Shown: positions 34,801 through 41,977 of the stretch, piece by piece
Numbering within the stretch: position 1 is the first letter of the stretch
How the letters are laid out: every line of letters begins with the position of its first letter
Assembly: GCA_021613535.1 (NCBI GenBank)
Contig: CP075492.1
Location: 8,133,653-8,197,652 of the forward strand
DNA length: 64,000 nucleotides
Direction: 5' to 3'
DNA from: Adineta vaga
Taxonomy: Eukaryota > Animalia > Rotifera
Program-made: the position numbers and the translations under genes
The notes under the pieces: model-generated
Databases searched by the model: none
Told to the model about the DNA's origin: nothing
What the model saw: the letters and a program-made list of their open reading frames with translations, nothing else

Positions 34801-36262
34801 GAGGATGCACTTGTTGGAATGATGCTCGATGATGCTGTTACTAAAAAAGGATAAAAGCAATTGTTTATCAATATCGAAATGAGAATGAGAGTGTGATTAA
34901 CATACCAGTAGCAGTTGTTGTTGTAGTTGACGTTCCATCTACAATAAATAAACTTGCCTTTAATTGTCATATTAAGATCGCTGATAAAGACAGATCTAAC
35001 TGATGAACTATCTAAGCTATTCTCATTTGGAATATACAAATAGTTCTATTCTAATAAACAAAGTCTCAATCAAGTCTGAACAGTATCTTGCAGAGAAATA
35101 ATTGTACTTACTACAAACATTTGTTGATATAAGAAATTTTTGAACTCGATTGTTATCTCGATCAGTGATAAATATGTTTCCATAAGTATCGAAACTGAAA
35201 CTCGATGGACTATCTAATTGAGAAGATGATGAGCCACTTCCACTGCATCCCAACACGCAGCGAAAACCATACGGTCCAGAACCAACAACCCGAAAATTCT
35301 CGCTATCGAGAATAAAAAGATAACCATCAGCATCAAGTGCTACATCTGTAGGCGAATTGAGTGTAATAGTTCCTGCAGCTGAAGCACCTGCTACAGCTGT
35401 TCCAGTCAGTTGACCATATGCATACAATTGAATTCGATGATTGCCTGAATCCGCAAGATATAAATTCAGATTGATATCAACAAAGATTCCGCGTGGATAA
35501 CAGACTGTTGTCGTTGTGGATCCGCAAGCAGCTGTACCTGCTACAATGCTCCAAAGATTTAAACGATTAGTCAGTGAATTGCTGGAAACTTGATGATTAT
35601 CATACATAGAACAGTAAAGATTATTATTCGTATCAATGAAGAGATCATAACATGTTCCACATGTATACAACGCTGGGATGCTGTCAGTAGAATTCGTTTG
35701 CCATCGATCAACTCTATTATTTGTTTGGCCATTGTCAACAAAAATATCACCATTATCAGTGGCAAACACACTATATGGAAGATTTAAACCACTCGAAAGA
35801 TTTCGAATAGATGTTGTACTTCCTTCTAACCACACATGAACTCGACTGGATTCGCGATTTGCTATATAAACGGTATTGTTGGAGTTGACAAAAATACCAT
35901 TAGGAGTTGAGCCAACAATTGTATTTGTTGCAAATGTTAAGGCCGTTGCATTCCATGATGCATTCGGACAAAATTTTGGTTGATTGTACGAGATAGCTGA
36001 AAAAGAAAAAAATGACAATTTTCGCTCTAAACAAATTACTCATATCAATCTTTTCTAACTGATCCATTTCTCTCCTCATATTTGTCTCTCATGAGAATTG
36101 TTCAGTACAAATCTCTCGACAAAAACTATGACTATTATCAGCAACATCTATCTCATTTTGACAATGAAAACAAGAAAACACAATCTTTCAAAGATACTTA
36201 CCAACTGCTCCATCAATAATCAACAAAAAACACCAGAAAGTGAGATGATGAAATCTTGCCAT
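13816..36262 (-). CDS. Very large multi-exon gene for a secreted polycystin-1/REJ-like (PKD1-like) receptor-channel with four N-terminal NHL beta-propeller modules; spans the LTR retrotransposon, which sits in one of its introns
   Basis: Exon chain traced by eye. Signal-peptide exon, then NHL1, two S/T linker exons, an intron containing the LTR element, then NHL2, NHL3, NHL4. These are followed by the S/T tandem-repeat exon, a 51-nt exon, the REJ-region exons, GPS+TM1, PLAT, TM exons, the polycystin extracellular domain, the 6TM channel and a C-terminal tail. All N-terminal exons checked are phase 1-1 with canonical GT/AG. Exon boundaries in the REJ/TM region were not all traced. Confidence 0.6.
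14036..14797 (-). CDS. PKD-channel (TRPP-like) pore-forming transmembrane exon
   Basis: Multiple TM helices with the polycystin cation-channel pattern (FFRFNHRVSLFTETLRIAANELIQFFLMFSIVYMSYLTLFYLLF...GPFCFTLFIFVVVFVCLSMFLSIINDSF). The C-terminal tail exon at 13816..14001 probably ends the gene. Confidence 0.6.
   Translation of the reverse strand: MYLAFTSVLQIVCTILCMLFIIYFMKVEIQSVIQLKTRYFRQFWSIIQIGIIVCSWTSVGVYIWRFRESARVSNLFEKTNGYVYINLQLAAYVNDILTYLLGYCCFFGMIKFVHFFRFNHRVSLFTETLRIAANELIQFFLMFSIVYMSYLTLFYLLFVSKLSSCSSLLSTAQMLFEITLMKFDATELIEAGAFLGPFCFTLFIFVVVFVCLSMFLSIINDSFRRAKETRIEDQIILSFMWKKFIQYTGKSVY
14825..15472 (-). CDS. Polycystin (PKD1/PKD2) extracellular loop domain exon
   Basis: TIEQYWNWLENSFVDNLRAQQWYNGD...YVGEHETYRGGGYVYEFRGS...QLEWIDSKTRAVFIQMTLYNPNV, the conserved polycystin-domain pattern between channel TM1 and TM2. 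Confidence 0.6.
   Translation of the reverse strand: MTIEQYWNWLENSFVDNLRAQQWYNGDAARYLNGYLNDKSNRLIGWAMMRQLRIKTELCDDQRLITRCEHSYSIFNEDKRSFEPGWINETTMVTMSGGKYSSSIMKAFRYRSSDELDTYAYVGEHETYRGGGYVYEFRGSLSDMKKNLSQLHQLEWIDSKTRAVFIQMTLYNPNVKLLTSVTLLTEFLLTGGVFPSARFDPINFYSKYFLIIVCN
16921..17133 (-). CDS. PLAT/LH2 domain exon of the PKD1-like protein
   Basis: IRIWHDNSGAGSSASWYLKYIIVRDLETMEKFYFIAQKWLAVEQDDGRV, the typical polycystin-1 PLAT signature (WHDNSG...SWYL...V.DL.T...F.....WLAVE.DDG). Confidence 0.65.
   Translation of the reverse strand: MNVKKRIDEMIFRSLGLLNYIRIWHDNSGAGSSASWYLKYIIVRDLETMEKFYFIAQKWLAVEQDDGRVS
17477..17707 (-). CDS. GPS motif plus first transmembrane helix of the PKD1-like protein
   Basis: ECLSNHLTTFAGGFIVLPAPINWSYVF (C-x-C/H-L-T-x-F-A...L GPS consensus), followed by VYLTMICTSVLYIILMIYGRFKDKKD. 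Confidence 0.6.
   Translation of the reverse strand: MTNHYETECLSNHLTTFAGGFIVLPAPINWSYVFANADFMKNKTVYLTMICTSVLYIILMIYGRFKDKKDIEKVNM
21421..21965 (-). CDS. REJ-module exon of the PKD1-like gene (approximate bounds)
   Basis: Acceptor tattag|TTTGTTATTCACCGACG. The sequence SPLQYRRNQDFSISSTIQFRCNASLTTLIQWSV...YGMYELTLTV matches the REJ (receptor for egg jelly) module pattern. Further REJ-region exons run between ~18000 and 21250 (ORFs 18084..18512, 18545..18937, 19807..20331, 20243..20587). Confidence 0.5.
22141..22929 (-). CDS. Mucin-like Ser/Thr-rich exon (789 nt, phase 1-1) of the PKD1-like gene
   Basis: Acceptor ttatttgcag|GCTCACCGACG. Almost pure S/T composition with about five copies of a 52-aa unit. 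Ends ...ACC G|GTATGTTAATCAC. Confidence 0.6.
22200..22830. repeat. Tandem repeat, period 156 bp (52 codons), ~4-5 copies, encoding the S/T mucin-like region
   Basis: The string gacgtgctgaatgaggtggtggacgtgctagacgagatgg recurs at ~22516 and ~22672 (156 bp apart). Diverged copies lie at ~22213 and ~22360. Confidence 0.7.
23062..23955 (-). CDS. NHL beta-propeller cassette exon 4 (894 nt, phase 1-1)
   Basis: A 75-nt intron ends at ccatctag|GTATTTCATACAATCAACC, giving SISYNQPNFCFDASW. NHL blades are present (YGNMYVADRNNSRIQMF, GYLFIVDSYNHRIIGSGPYGFRCIVGC). It ends ...TNC+A at a |GTAAGTAATTG donor. Confidence 0.65.
24031..24918 (-). CDS. NHL beta-propeller cassette exon 3 (888 nt, phase 1-1)
   Basis: Acceptor ttcattctag|CTTTTTCTTTCAATCAGCCG gives (P)FSFNQPKFCPSATW. 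NHL blades are present (YGNIFVADQVNYRVQKF, GYLFVTDNYNNRLIGSGPYGFRCLFGC). It ends ...NSC+A at a |GTGAGTGA donor. Confidence 0.65.
25134..26024 (-). CDS. NHL beta-propeller cassette exon 2 (891 nt, phase 1-1)
   Basis: Acceptor ttgttatag|TTATTTCATACAATCAACC gives IISYNQPKFSPYAIW. NHL blades are present (YGNIYVADRINYRIQKF, GYLFILDSSNHRIVGSGSNGFRCLVGC). It ends ...PNTTY+C at a |GTAAGTATG donor. Confidence 0.65.
26427..26604 (+). repeat. 5' LTR (178 bp, TG...CA)
   Basis: Matches 34384..34561 exactly by eye. Contains (CT)7 and (AT)7 microsatellites. The six-frame ORFs 26416..26700 and 34349..34609 are simply the two LTR copies read through. Confidence 0.8.
26608..26619 (+). promoter_or_regulatory. 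Primer-binding site complementary to the 3' end of tRNA-His
   Basis: TGGTGCCGTGAC lies 3 nt after the LTR. Its reverse complement GTCACGGCACCA equals the canonical eukaryotic tRNA-His 3' terminus (...GAGTCACGGCA-CCA). Confidence 0.6.
26975..27973 (+). CDS. gag (capsid/nucleocapsid) with two CCHC zinc knuckles
   Basis: ATG at 26975. Zinc knuckles CLICNRTNHSTMQC and CFRCGQSNHRIRDC lie near the C-terminus. The stop is at 27971..27973. Confidence 0.75.
   Translation: MTKDTALNNTSTNETHSDDTMTKNTSMLMGATKNTSTDVNPMELRQLHSSQQEAMKKINEYSGESNELDIDEWLYDLTNLFSLMQLQDETKILLTMGKLTGSALRWYQGNLTSFGDWKEAEEALRDRFKTFTSDGQLVQEFFQLRQEEDQSTTAFYDMVMRKYRKASGLVTEKQIITVLQAGVKHSLKEQLIRNEVNISKPEEWLLMAREEEHIQRRIQQRNTPPRAATQIPYFESTLPTATIQQSSSHRRYAQQHAGGNQQEYQPYERRSSTVRQQPNNRRNTTQRSKPCLICNRTNHSTMQCFYKKEDGCFRCGQSNHRIRDCPQRYFFE
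27946..31842 (+). CDS. pol polyprotein: aspartic protease, reverse transcriptase, RNase H, integrase (Ty3/gypsy order)
   Basis: Protease LIDTGSA. RT motifs FSKFDFKAGYFQ and YIDDIIIYS. RNase H TDASVDGIGAVL. Integrase zinc finger H-x4-H...C-x2-C (HDTPGNGAHFGRDKT...CLPCAQN), DDE core (SMDFHGP ... LTDNGTHFT ... E) and a GPF/Y-like tail (RYEGPFRIIEQLG). Confidence 0.85.
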   Translation: MSATLFFRVKGSVDGDDPCGLQKSSSSTTTSTSSLTTTTETYNPIFVKILCNNTPQEALIDTGSAITIIHKRLLNKIPHKQFIPRLKNHLSASCSAVNIIGEVTLFINIEGITTQVTADVATNLVTNLILGSDWIQTNNVYILTPEKRIMMKKRGREVSTPFIKPPILNYPATLVNYITLSPFSEHIIEAQLQQEKIVDALFEPNPHLQRKALFMACTLLNINDGKATISIINATNRRQTLSEGTRIGMVTQMANSVNLIVPSNHPDERIPKGKACEQLIPKGKVANEGISNASSEHRQTTTTDNTEHKCRNCSQRFVAKNDLFKHLREQCYPDEIREQIGKLTSHISDDTQRNKITNVLWRYGNLFDLRQPSKIDIILKNAIDTGIHRPVHTPPYRKSNRDQETLREETQKLLENDIIEHSTSPWSSPVVLVKKKDGTTRFCVDYRRLNQITTKDAFPLPRIDDIYDQLTQATYFSKFDFKAGYFQVPLDKADRPKTAFSTRDGHFQFKVLPQGLTNGPPTFQRIVNQILGPNRWKHMLAYIDDIIIYSRTFLEHVQHIEEVCSLLHDANFKLNIVKCEIARTEILFLGHIIKQGTIQPDPENIRDLADVREPTSAEEAFRFVKAAEYYRKFIPKFSIIAAPLHKYSPTTLQQQKNNKKTKFEITEEARTAFHQLKHILTTDLILNLPDDDMQFKLQTDASVDGIGAVLLQITPNGDRPLAYMSKKLTKTQINWPTIEQECYAIVQAVEKWDKYLRGQEFILETDHEPLVHFNNKEQLNKRCERWRLRLAEYRFKVKHIQGKKNNMADYLSRSPVEIAHEDNDDRLQYETKSTQTETSSPTSNHEHPPVRIITAITRAQAKLQQQNELIPQGKEAKTQSEDDPNRIIPFDLDDLREAQERDDVVKQIKTNINKQKQYTIEDGLLLRRQKSSILAVPFVSQGRMRADILKIYHDTPGNGAHFGRDKTVRKIQERYYWPTMTADIENHVKSCLPCAQNNHRRQKPPGKLQPIPPPDGIWKVLSMDFHGPINPTTRRGNRYIISLTDVLSKFVITKAVRDCSAKTTVDFLTNDVILKYGTPTCILTDNGTHFTAETTNNLLMKLGVTHLYTTAYHPQTNGQIERFNATMDGKIASLCNEQRTDWDEMLQFVTFNYNTSIHATTKHTPFEMMHGRQASLPFDQQRTLISLTNDTEHGEKLRNYLEKLTDDARKNIHKSQQQYKTRYDQHRQELSIKINDLVLIKTRSFRNKFDIRYEGPFRIIEQLGRKTFIVQHVKKTTLTKQVTMDVIVPLVERWNLHD
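27961..27967 (+). other. Putative -1 ribosomal frameshift slippery heptamer UUUUUUC at the gag/pol overlap
   Basis: In the gag frame it reads T TTT TTC, 4 nt before the gag stop. pol is open in the -1 frame from 27946 and continues FFRVKGSVDGDD... through the heptamer. Confidence 0.5.
32280..32610. other. GC-rich island inside the retrotransposon, between pol and ORF3, dense in CCGGA/TCCGG/GGAAC/GTTCC motifs
   Basis: Local GC is far above the window background. It holds more than 15 occurrences of the CCGGA(A)/(T)TCCGG core, several as inverted pairs (ccggatccgg, tccggaggccgga). It is flanked by (TA)n runs and contains a CAG|GTAAGT-like donor at ~32404. The antisense ORFs 32238..32633 and 32338..32724 are artefacts of this composition. 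Confidence 0.5.
32792..34327 (+). CDS. ORF3 of the LTR retrotransposon: DEDDy-type 3'-5' exonuclease domain with a Lys/Arg-rich C-terminal tail (~511 aa)
   Basis: The ATG at 32792 sits directly after an acceptor-like tttattttctaatag. Exo I is FVVDTES (D-x-E) and Exo III is RYAVNDCASVAELYF (Y-x3-D), about 240 aa apart. Candidate Exo II acidic residues lie at HVDEDDLWNFDD. The C-terminus is basic: KKKERQRKKNEKYKEKKRTRPDF...RRWGRRKEEKKKN*. The stop lies 45 nt before the PPT. Confidence 0.55.
   Translation: MHSTKSPKSSWMRNQRQMEKNEELRGLHPEYRPSANLEIVHVHHRSTIQSIEELIKKAIQTRRFVVDTESQWKILRKGEPRTNGALIQIQMIHSPSKSTVVLIETCYLPGTTSTLYKKIKQLCDTIFDNNNEIITWGPIEQKFEPFHHLNFIHLGAIRECDLQFYISNPSQIYDSHPEMERRETTGNVSMEINTPGDELIVHVDEDDLWNFDDNLGNFRKKEKLNPPLGLQAVVAENFNKFLDKSYTKNEWNCGLDLHLGTWQEKRFSKGQYDKYQEQQERTEMIRYAVNDCASVAELYFEKYPETTNDYLTPPETPTTTIIQISHLNTISSSNEQELSQRSKSNHGETLTKKEIYLDRPDLLFKMNEDELVQFQQPVFDKVEEPVQQAQQPVPQQFQRTPEEEHQKKKERQRKKNEKYKEKKRTRPDFINRLTRPIYYKYNYQKIRAQLIDDEIHHTHQININEDKDAVTINFKSRELLEAARTKMRVNYFSENQYYRRWGRRKEEKKKN
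34384..34561 (+). repeat. 3' LTR (178 bp)
   Basis: Same sequence as the 5' LTR. Preceded by the polypurine tract GGTGGGGAAGAA (34372..34383) and followed by the CATAT TSD. Confidence 0.8.
34778..34840 (-). CDS. 63-nt Ser/Thr/Pro linker exon (VTASSSIIPTSASSVPSSYSN, phase 1-1)
   Basis: Acceptor ccttttttag|TAACAGC ... CAAATG|gtaatctg donor. It lies immediately upstream of the LTR retrotransposon's 3' LTR. Confidence 0.4.
34906..34938 (-). CDS. 33-nt Thr-rich linker exon (phase 1-1)
   Basis: Acceptor ttattgtag|ATGGAACGTCAACTACAACAACAACTGCTACTG|gtatgttaatcac donor. The donor sequence is the same as the one after the large S/T repeat exon at 22141. Confidence 0.4.
35112..35996 (-). CDS. NHL beta-propeller cassette exon 1 (885 nt, phase 1-1)
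   Basis: Begins (A)ISYNQPKFCPNASW after the acceptor cag|. It contains repeated NHL blades (YGNIFITDRDNNRVQKF, GYLFILDSENFRVVGSGPYGFRCVLGC). It ends ...NVC+A at a |GTAAGTAC donor. Confidence 0.65.
36202..36262 (-). CDS. Exon 1 of the PKD1-like gene: signal peptide MARFHHLTFWCFLLIIDGAV
   Basis: ATG on the minus strand at 36262. A 20-codon hydrophobic leader is followed by a G|GTAAGTA donor. An intron of ~200 nt ends at tttttctttttcag, just before the NHL1 exon. Confidence 0.55.
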
Positions 36263-39200
36263 TTGTATATCTAAAAGAGATATGGAGTTAGAGACTACGA
36301 TTAATAATCAGACTCGATCTAAGAAGTAGAAAAGTAAGGTAGATTAGATTAAATCATTCTAATTTTATTTGCATCTCCTATTTCTCAGTTACTTTCTCAA
36401 ATAACTAGTGAGTCTATTACTAATTCCTCATCACAGCATATCTTCGTTTTAGTTCTCTTCTTATGGTCATATGAGCATGTAGAAGAAAGGATGTAAAAGG
36501 ATCTTTCATTAACATACATAGATATATTTTACATCGGCAAAATCTCTGCTCTATTTATGTTTGTTGACGTGAACATTAGAATAAAAGATCTCACAATCAT
36601 ATCATCAGTACTGATGCATACAAATAAAAAGAACATTTTTCTCTCTTTGATCAAAAGATATCTCTCGTAATCATCTAGAACGAATACAAGGAAGATATTA
36701 ACTCTTATCTTTTCGCATCCATTGAATCAATAGTGTATGGTTCTACATAATATCGGTGAATTAAAATCACTTACTTAAACTTCATCTTTTAACATTCCAA
36801 TATGCTGCATCTTAAAGATAACATCACTACCTTAGATATTCTTCTCTTGATCTCTCTTAAATTTATTAACAAAATTCAAGTTCGTATTTATTCGATATCG
36901 CCTTGAATTCTTATTTTTGTTTCTATTCAGTTGTAACATTAGTTGTTTTTATCAAGAAAAATAACTTTATGCCTTACCTTTGATATGCAAAAGAAACAAA
37001 TGCGATTACATTATGAAAAATTACCAAAGAGCAACAAAGAGAAGATTTTTTTCTCTCTCATCTCATTAACAACACAGTTCATATTAGTGCTCTAAAAATG
37101 ATGACGTTCGTCAAAAACTACTACCGTATTCATCATGACGAAGAATATTTCTCTCGATCAAGCTCTCATATCGAACTTTGACTCAGAACTGTATCAAGAT
37201 AGTTTAGTCATCCGATAATATTATTCAATAGAGAAAATCATTACTGTTTAGTTTTTGAAAGACACATATCATCTAATGACACTATTTGTTTCGAGTATTT
37301 TCACAATCATTCCTTAGATGAGAATATCTTCGTCTAGGACGATTTTACTTTAATTATTTGTACGTGTCTTATTTTATTGTTACGAATTGTACATGAAAAA
37401 GTAATAAATAAATATCAAAAAACTTTCGCCTATTTATTATTCAACCTGAAGTTTATTACTAAAAGTGTTTCCATTATACAATATGCATATGTTTTTGGGA
37501 ACCCATCTGCGCAATGAGAACGTACTTTTCCCTTTTTCTCGCATCATCAAATGATTTTTTTTTAGACATCTACGTCATAGAAAAGATGACGAAAGAGTGA
37601 GAAAATATATTTACCTAACTGGAAAATTTTTCCATAGGTCATGCATTACATTCTTCATATGCGTAATCACTTGACAAATCAAGTTTGTCCAAGTGTTAGA
37701 TGATGCGATCGATTGATTGTAGTTTAATCATTCTTGACTAGAACTTAACTTATTGATACATTATTCGTAACATTTCTATTCTCTTTCTCGTACTGAAGAG
37801 TTTTGCAAGAACAAATTGTTTACTTTTCTGTCGGTACTTTACTGATTAGTGTAAAAATAAAAGGAAAAATGTTTTTATAGAAATTGAACGAGAGGTAATT
37901 GGAGTCAAGGAATTCGAATCTGGTGTTAGTTTTTCAAAGTTCCATAAATGAAGAAAGAGTTCTCGAACGAGCGTTACTTGTTGACCATAGATCACACAGA
38001 ACACTTCTTTAATTAACGAACAACAACTAACTAATGTTAGATGAGTATATGTACCATTGTCAAACGGATAGAATCAAGATGTTGAGTGTTACGCTGTCGT
38101 GTACAAGCAATAGAGGCTCATATTAAATACAATGGACTACTATAACTACATAAAATGATGATCTACATATAATTCAATTGAATGTACTTGCAGCAATCGG
38201 ATACTCGATATCGAATGTAAAAAATATTAATAATGGATGAATATGTACCAGATTTACAGTCAAATATATTGGACAAGCAGTTTTACATAGATAATATTAG
38301 AAAACTTGTAACTTAGCTCGTATATCGAACACGATCAAGATGAAAAGAATAGGTAATGTGTTTTATCTCGAAAAATAATAAGATAGTGATGTATGATGAA
38401 CTGATCTAGTTTTTAATAATTTAAAATGTAGATAAACATTTTCCAATGAAAAAAACGAATTATTATATATGATTTTATCCAAGAGAATCTGGTTTTGATT
38501 TGTTGAATTTATATCACAAAATTTGTCTCGTTTTTGTTTTTTCAATTTAGAATTACATTTATATAGAAAAGCAATGTATATTCATACAGATTGATTTGTG
38601 AATTTGAAGGTAAATATTCTCACTTCTACTATATTTCTTCAATAATTTCTGTGACAAGGTAATCATAAATAAAAACAAATTTCTTGCATTCAATTAAAAC
38701 ATTTTCCCATGAAATTGTATGGGAAATATAAAACTAAAAGATATTCTTCAAAGTTTAATACATGATGCATAGATACCATGATACTATCTTTCGATCAATA
38801 AAAATCAAGAAGTTCACTGATATCGAATGTTTTAAACATGTAAAAACAATTGATCAATGTAATGCTACACATGTTAACAAATATATTAATTCAAAAAACA
38901 CTTGTTTTTTGTTCGCAAAAAAGGTAATTAAGTTGGGATGATTGTTACTAATGACTCATTTACCTCGTAAATAAAATATGCGATTGAAACGAGGCTCTCC
39001 TTCCGATTTTTAACGAACGATACAATAACAGTATGACGAAAGAGTAATGAATCGAAGCCTATGATGGCGACATTAAACTGATGCATTTAACATGTGTCCT
39101 GTAAATATTGCGAGTATGTAGATAGAAAGAGTGTGCACATGCGAAATGATAATGATTTATAGACAGTAAGATTTTATACAATGGAATTACCAAACACTGA

Positions 39201-39814
39201 ACAATTCTGAATAAGTATCCCTTTGTAAGAAAACTTCTATCTTTTTTTGAATTTTTCAGAAGTACTCGTATATTTTCTGATGGTTTTATTAAAACATCAG
39301 CTATTTTATCTCGCACATATACTAAATATATTACTAGGTACAAACTACCATCATTCATCGATTTTTCCCTGCGAAAAAGTCGTCACCTGGACAAAATATT
39401 GCAGTGATTATATTTTCGTATCGACGCAACATCAGCGCGCATATTCGCATAGAAAAAAACTCTATCGAAAGTAGCCGAAGTTCATGTTAGGGAACACTCA
39501 TCATTGGATGCGATTGTTAAAAAGATCAGAAGTCCAACAGAGAGTATGTTTGATATGAGCGCAAACCTAGGTATAAGCTGAAGTGACATGATGCGAGTGG
39601 ACGAATGTGTATGTAATGTAAGTTAGATTTGCACGTAAGCATATTCGCTAGCCACTTCATCCTGTTCGTCTTCACGTATGGTTTTACTGTCAGTGTCAGC
39701 GAATCCTACAGCCTTCTTCTCACAAAGATCTGCACATTGATTTTCGCAATATTTTGTCCGGTCAACGATTTTTTATAGGTAGTTTACAATGTTTTTTTTT
39801 CAATTTTAGATCTG

Positions 39815-41977
39815 ATGACGAAAGATTTAGAAAAAAATCAGGTTGGAAAACCTGATGTTTTGAAATTCTATATTGATTCTGAGATGACTCAGTTTGAAGA
39901 AGTTGGTGGAACATGTTCCAATCGAGATAATTTCGACGAACCTTGTTGTACAGTTCGAAGTGTTGTCATAGGACTAATATTCGTCATTGCTACATCTTAT
40001 CTTCATCAATGGACTGTTTACACATTTAGTGATACATATATTGGACCGATGTTAGTTATTCTATTGATCTATCCAGTTGGCCGTCTTTGGGAATATATCG
40101 TACCCAATTCAAAACCATTTACTCAAAAAGAACATGGGTTTGCATTGATTATGACAAATGTTTCTTGGATCTTTTTTCTACAATTTAATTTCGCTACATC
40201 TGCAGCGTTACCATTATTGGAAAATGATAAACTTAATTTTGCCAATTATTTTTTTCTTGTCTTAGCATTTCAATTTCTTGGCTTTGGACTAGCAGGTATG
40301 TCTTGTCTTTTATCTAAATTAGAATTTTTTAGCAATAGATTTTTTCTAATATTCTTTATAGGTGTTTTACGTCGATTTCTAGTCTGGCCAACTGAAGTGA
40401 TATGGCCCCAAAATTTACCTTTAATTGCTATTTTACGTACTTTACATGAACGTGAAACAAGTGCTAAAGAAACAACATATGGAAATGTAAAAACTCGCAG
40501 TTGGAAGGAAGTCTTATATCAGAATAAATTACTCTTCTTTTTTCTTGTTGTTCTCGTTGGATTCATTTATGAATGGTTTCCACTATTTATTATGCCATTC
40601 TTGTCTGTTTTCTCATGGATGTGTATGTTTGACATAAATAATCATTTACTTGGTCAACTAACTGCTGTTCGTGGTCTATCATTAGCTGGTGGTGGACTTA
40701 CACTTGAATGGATGAAAATAACACAATATCTTGGTTCCCCACTTATTCTACCTGGCTGGGCTTTAATTAATATTGGATTTGGTTTTGTATTAATTATTTG
40801 GTTTATTGTACCCATTATCTATGGATCTAATGTTCGAAATATCAAATCTCGTCCTATCGCAGGAGTCATGTTTTCCGGTATAACAGCAATGAATCTTGTA
40901 ACATCATTTACTTCGTTCGCTTACTTACCAGCTATATTTGTACATACAGCCCTTTTTCATGGTTACGATCTTTGGCAACAACTTCGATCGAAATCGTTAA
41001 ATAATATGGGTAATGATATGCATAATCGACTGATGTCAGCTTATGCAAAAGTTCCAGATTGGTGGTATTTTATCTTATTTTCAATATCTTTAATTGTCAT
41101 TTGTGTTATTTGCAATCATAATGGTTGGCTAGCATGGTATCTAGTACTTCTAACTCTTGTTATTAATATGTGTCTCGTACTTCCTGTTGGACTTGTTTCA
41201 TCTATCACCGGACAATTTCTTCAAAATGCACCGGTCTATTATCTAAACGTTATCGTTACACAAGGATTATCATTGGGAAATGAATCAAAACCAACTTATA
41301 CATTTATCGTAGTTGGTTATATGCTTTTTGTTCAATCACTTGCTCTCATTCAAGATATGAAATTAGGGCATTATATGAAAATTGGTCCACGTCCAATGTT
41401 CGCTGCTCAATGTCTTGCAGGTGTGATATGTTCTATATTTAGCATTGGTATTCAATATATGAATTTCAATAAACATGGAATTAATAATGAATTTGATTCA
41501 AGTTTTTCCATCTTTGATTATACATTACTTGGTGGAAGTGCTTTTAATGATAAAGAAGGTTTCTTCTATGGTGATAATACTGCCAATCGTGGTTTACTAT
41601 GGGCTTTCTTAGTTGGAGCATTATTACCTATTCCTGGTTGGTTTTTATCACGTTTACCACGTTTTAGTTGGTTGAAACATCTACATTGGCCTCTTATTTT
41701 AATATCATTTAGTTGGATGCCTGCTCTTTTATCAGCTGGTGCACTTTTTACATGGCTTCTTATTGGTCTTGGAGTTTATTTTACAATTGGAAAATTTAGC
41801 TGGAGTCAACGTCATATATATTTAACTTCTGGTGCACTCGATCTTGCTTTAAATCTGATATTAATCATTGTAAATACAGCATTTATTAATCCAGAACGAA
41901 AATTTCCAAGTTGGAGAGGAACTGTAACTAACAATGGATGGGACAGTTGTAAACAAGCATTAATAGGAAAGTCCTGA
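39815..41977 (+). CDS. OPT-family oligopeptide transporter (720 aa), intronless
   Basis: ATG at 39815 and a single ORF. About 15 predicted TM helices. OPT signature motifs NSKPFTQKEHGFAL (NPGPF..KEH) and KLGHYMKIGPRPMF (K.GHY.KIPPR). No introns, although neighbouring metazoan-type genes are intron-rich. Confidence 0.7.
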   Translation: MTKDLEKNQVGKPDVLKFYIDSEMTQFEEVGGTCSNRDNFDEPCCTVRSVVIGLIFVIATSYLHQWTVYTFSDTYIGPMLVILLIYPVGRLWEYIVPNSKPFTQKEHGFALIMTNVSWIFFLQFNFATSAALPLLENDKLNFANYFFLVLAFQFLGFGLAGMSCLLSKLEFFSNRFFLIFFIGVLRRFLVWPTEVIWPQNLPLIAILRTLHERETSAKETTYGNVKTRSWKEVLYQNKLLFFFLVVLVGFIYEWFPLFIMPFLSVFSWMCMFDINNHLLGQLTAVRGLSLAGGGLTLEWMKITQYLGSPLILPGWALINIGFGFVLIIWFIVPIIYGSNVRNIKSRPIAGVMFSGITAMNLVTSFTSFAYLPAIFVHTALFHGYDLWQQLRSKSLNNMGNDMHNRLMSAYAKVPDWWYFILFSISLIVICVICNHNGWLAWYLVLLTLVINMCLVLPVGLVSSITGQFLQNAPVYYLNVIVTQGLSLGNESKPTYTFIVVGYMLFVQSLALIQDMKLGHYMKIGPRPMFAAQCLAGVICSIFSIGIQYMNFNKHGINNEFDSSFSIFDYTLLGGSAFNDKEGFFYGDNTANRGLLWAFLVGALLPIPGWFLSRLPRFSWLKHLHWPLILISFSWMPALLSAGALFTWLLIGLGVYFTIGKFSWSQRHIYLTSGALDLALNLILIIVNTAFINPERKFPSWRGTVTNNGWDSCKQALIGKS

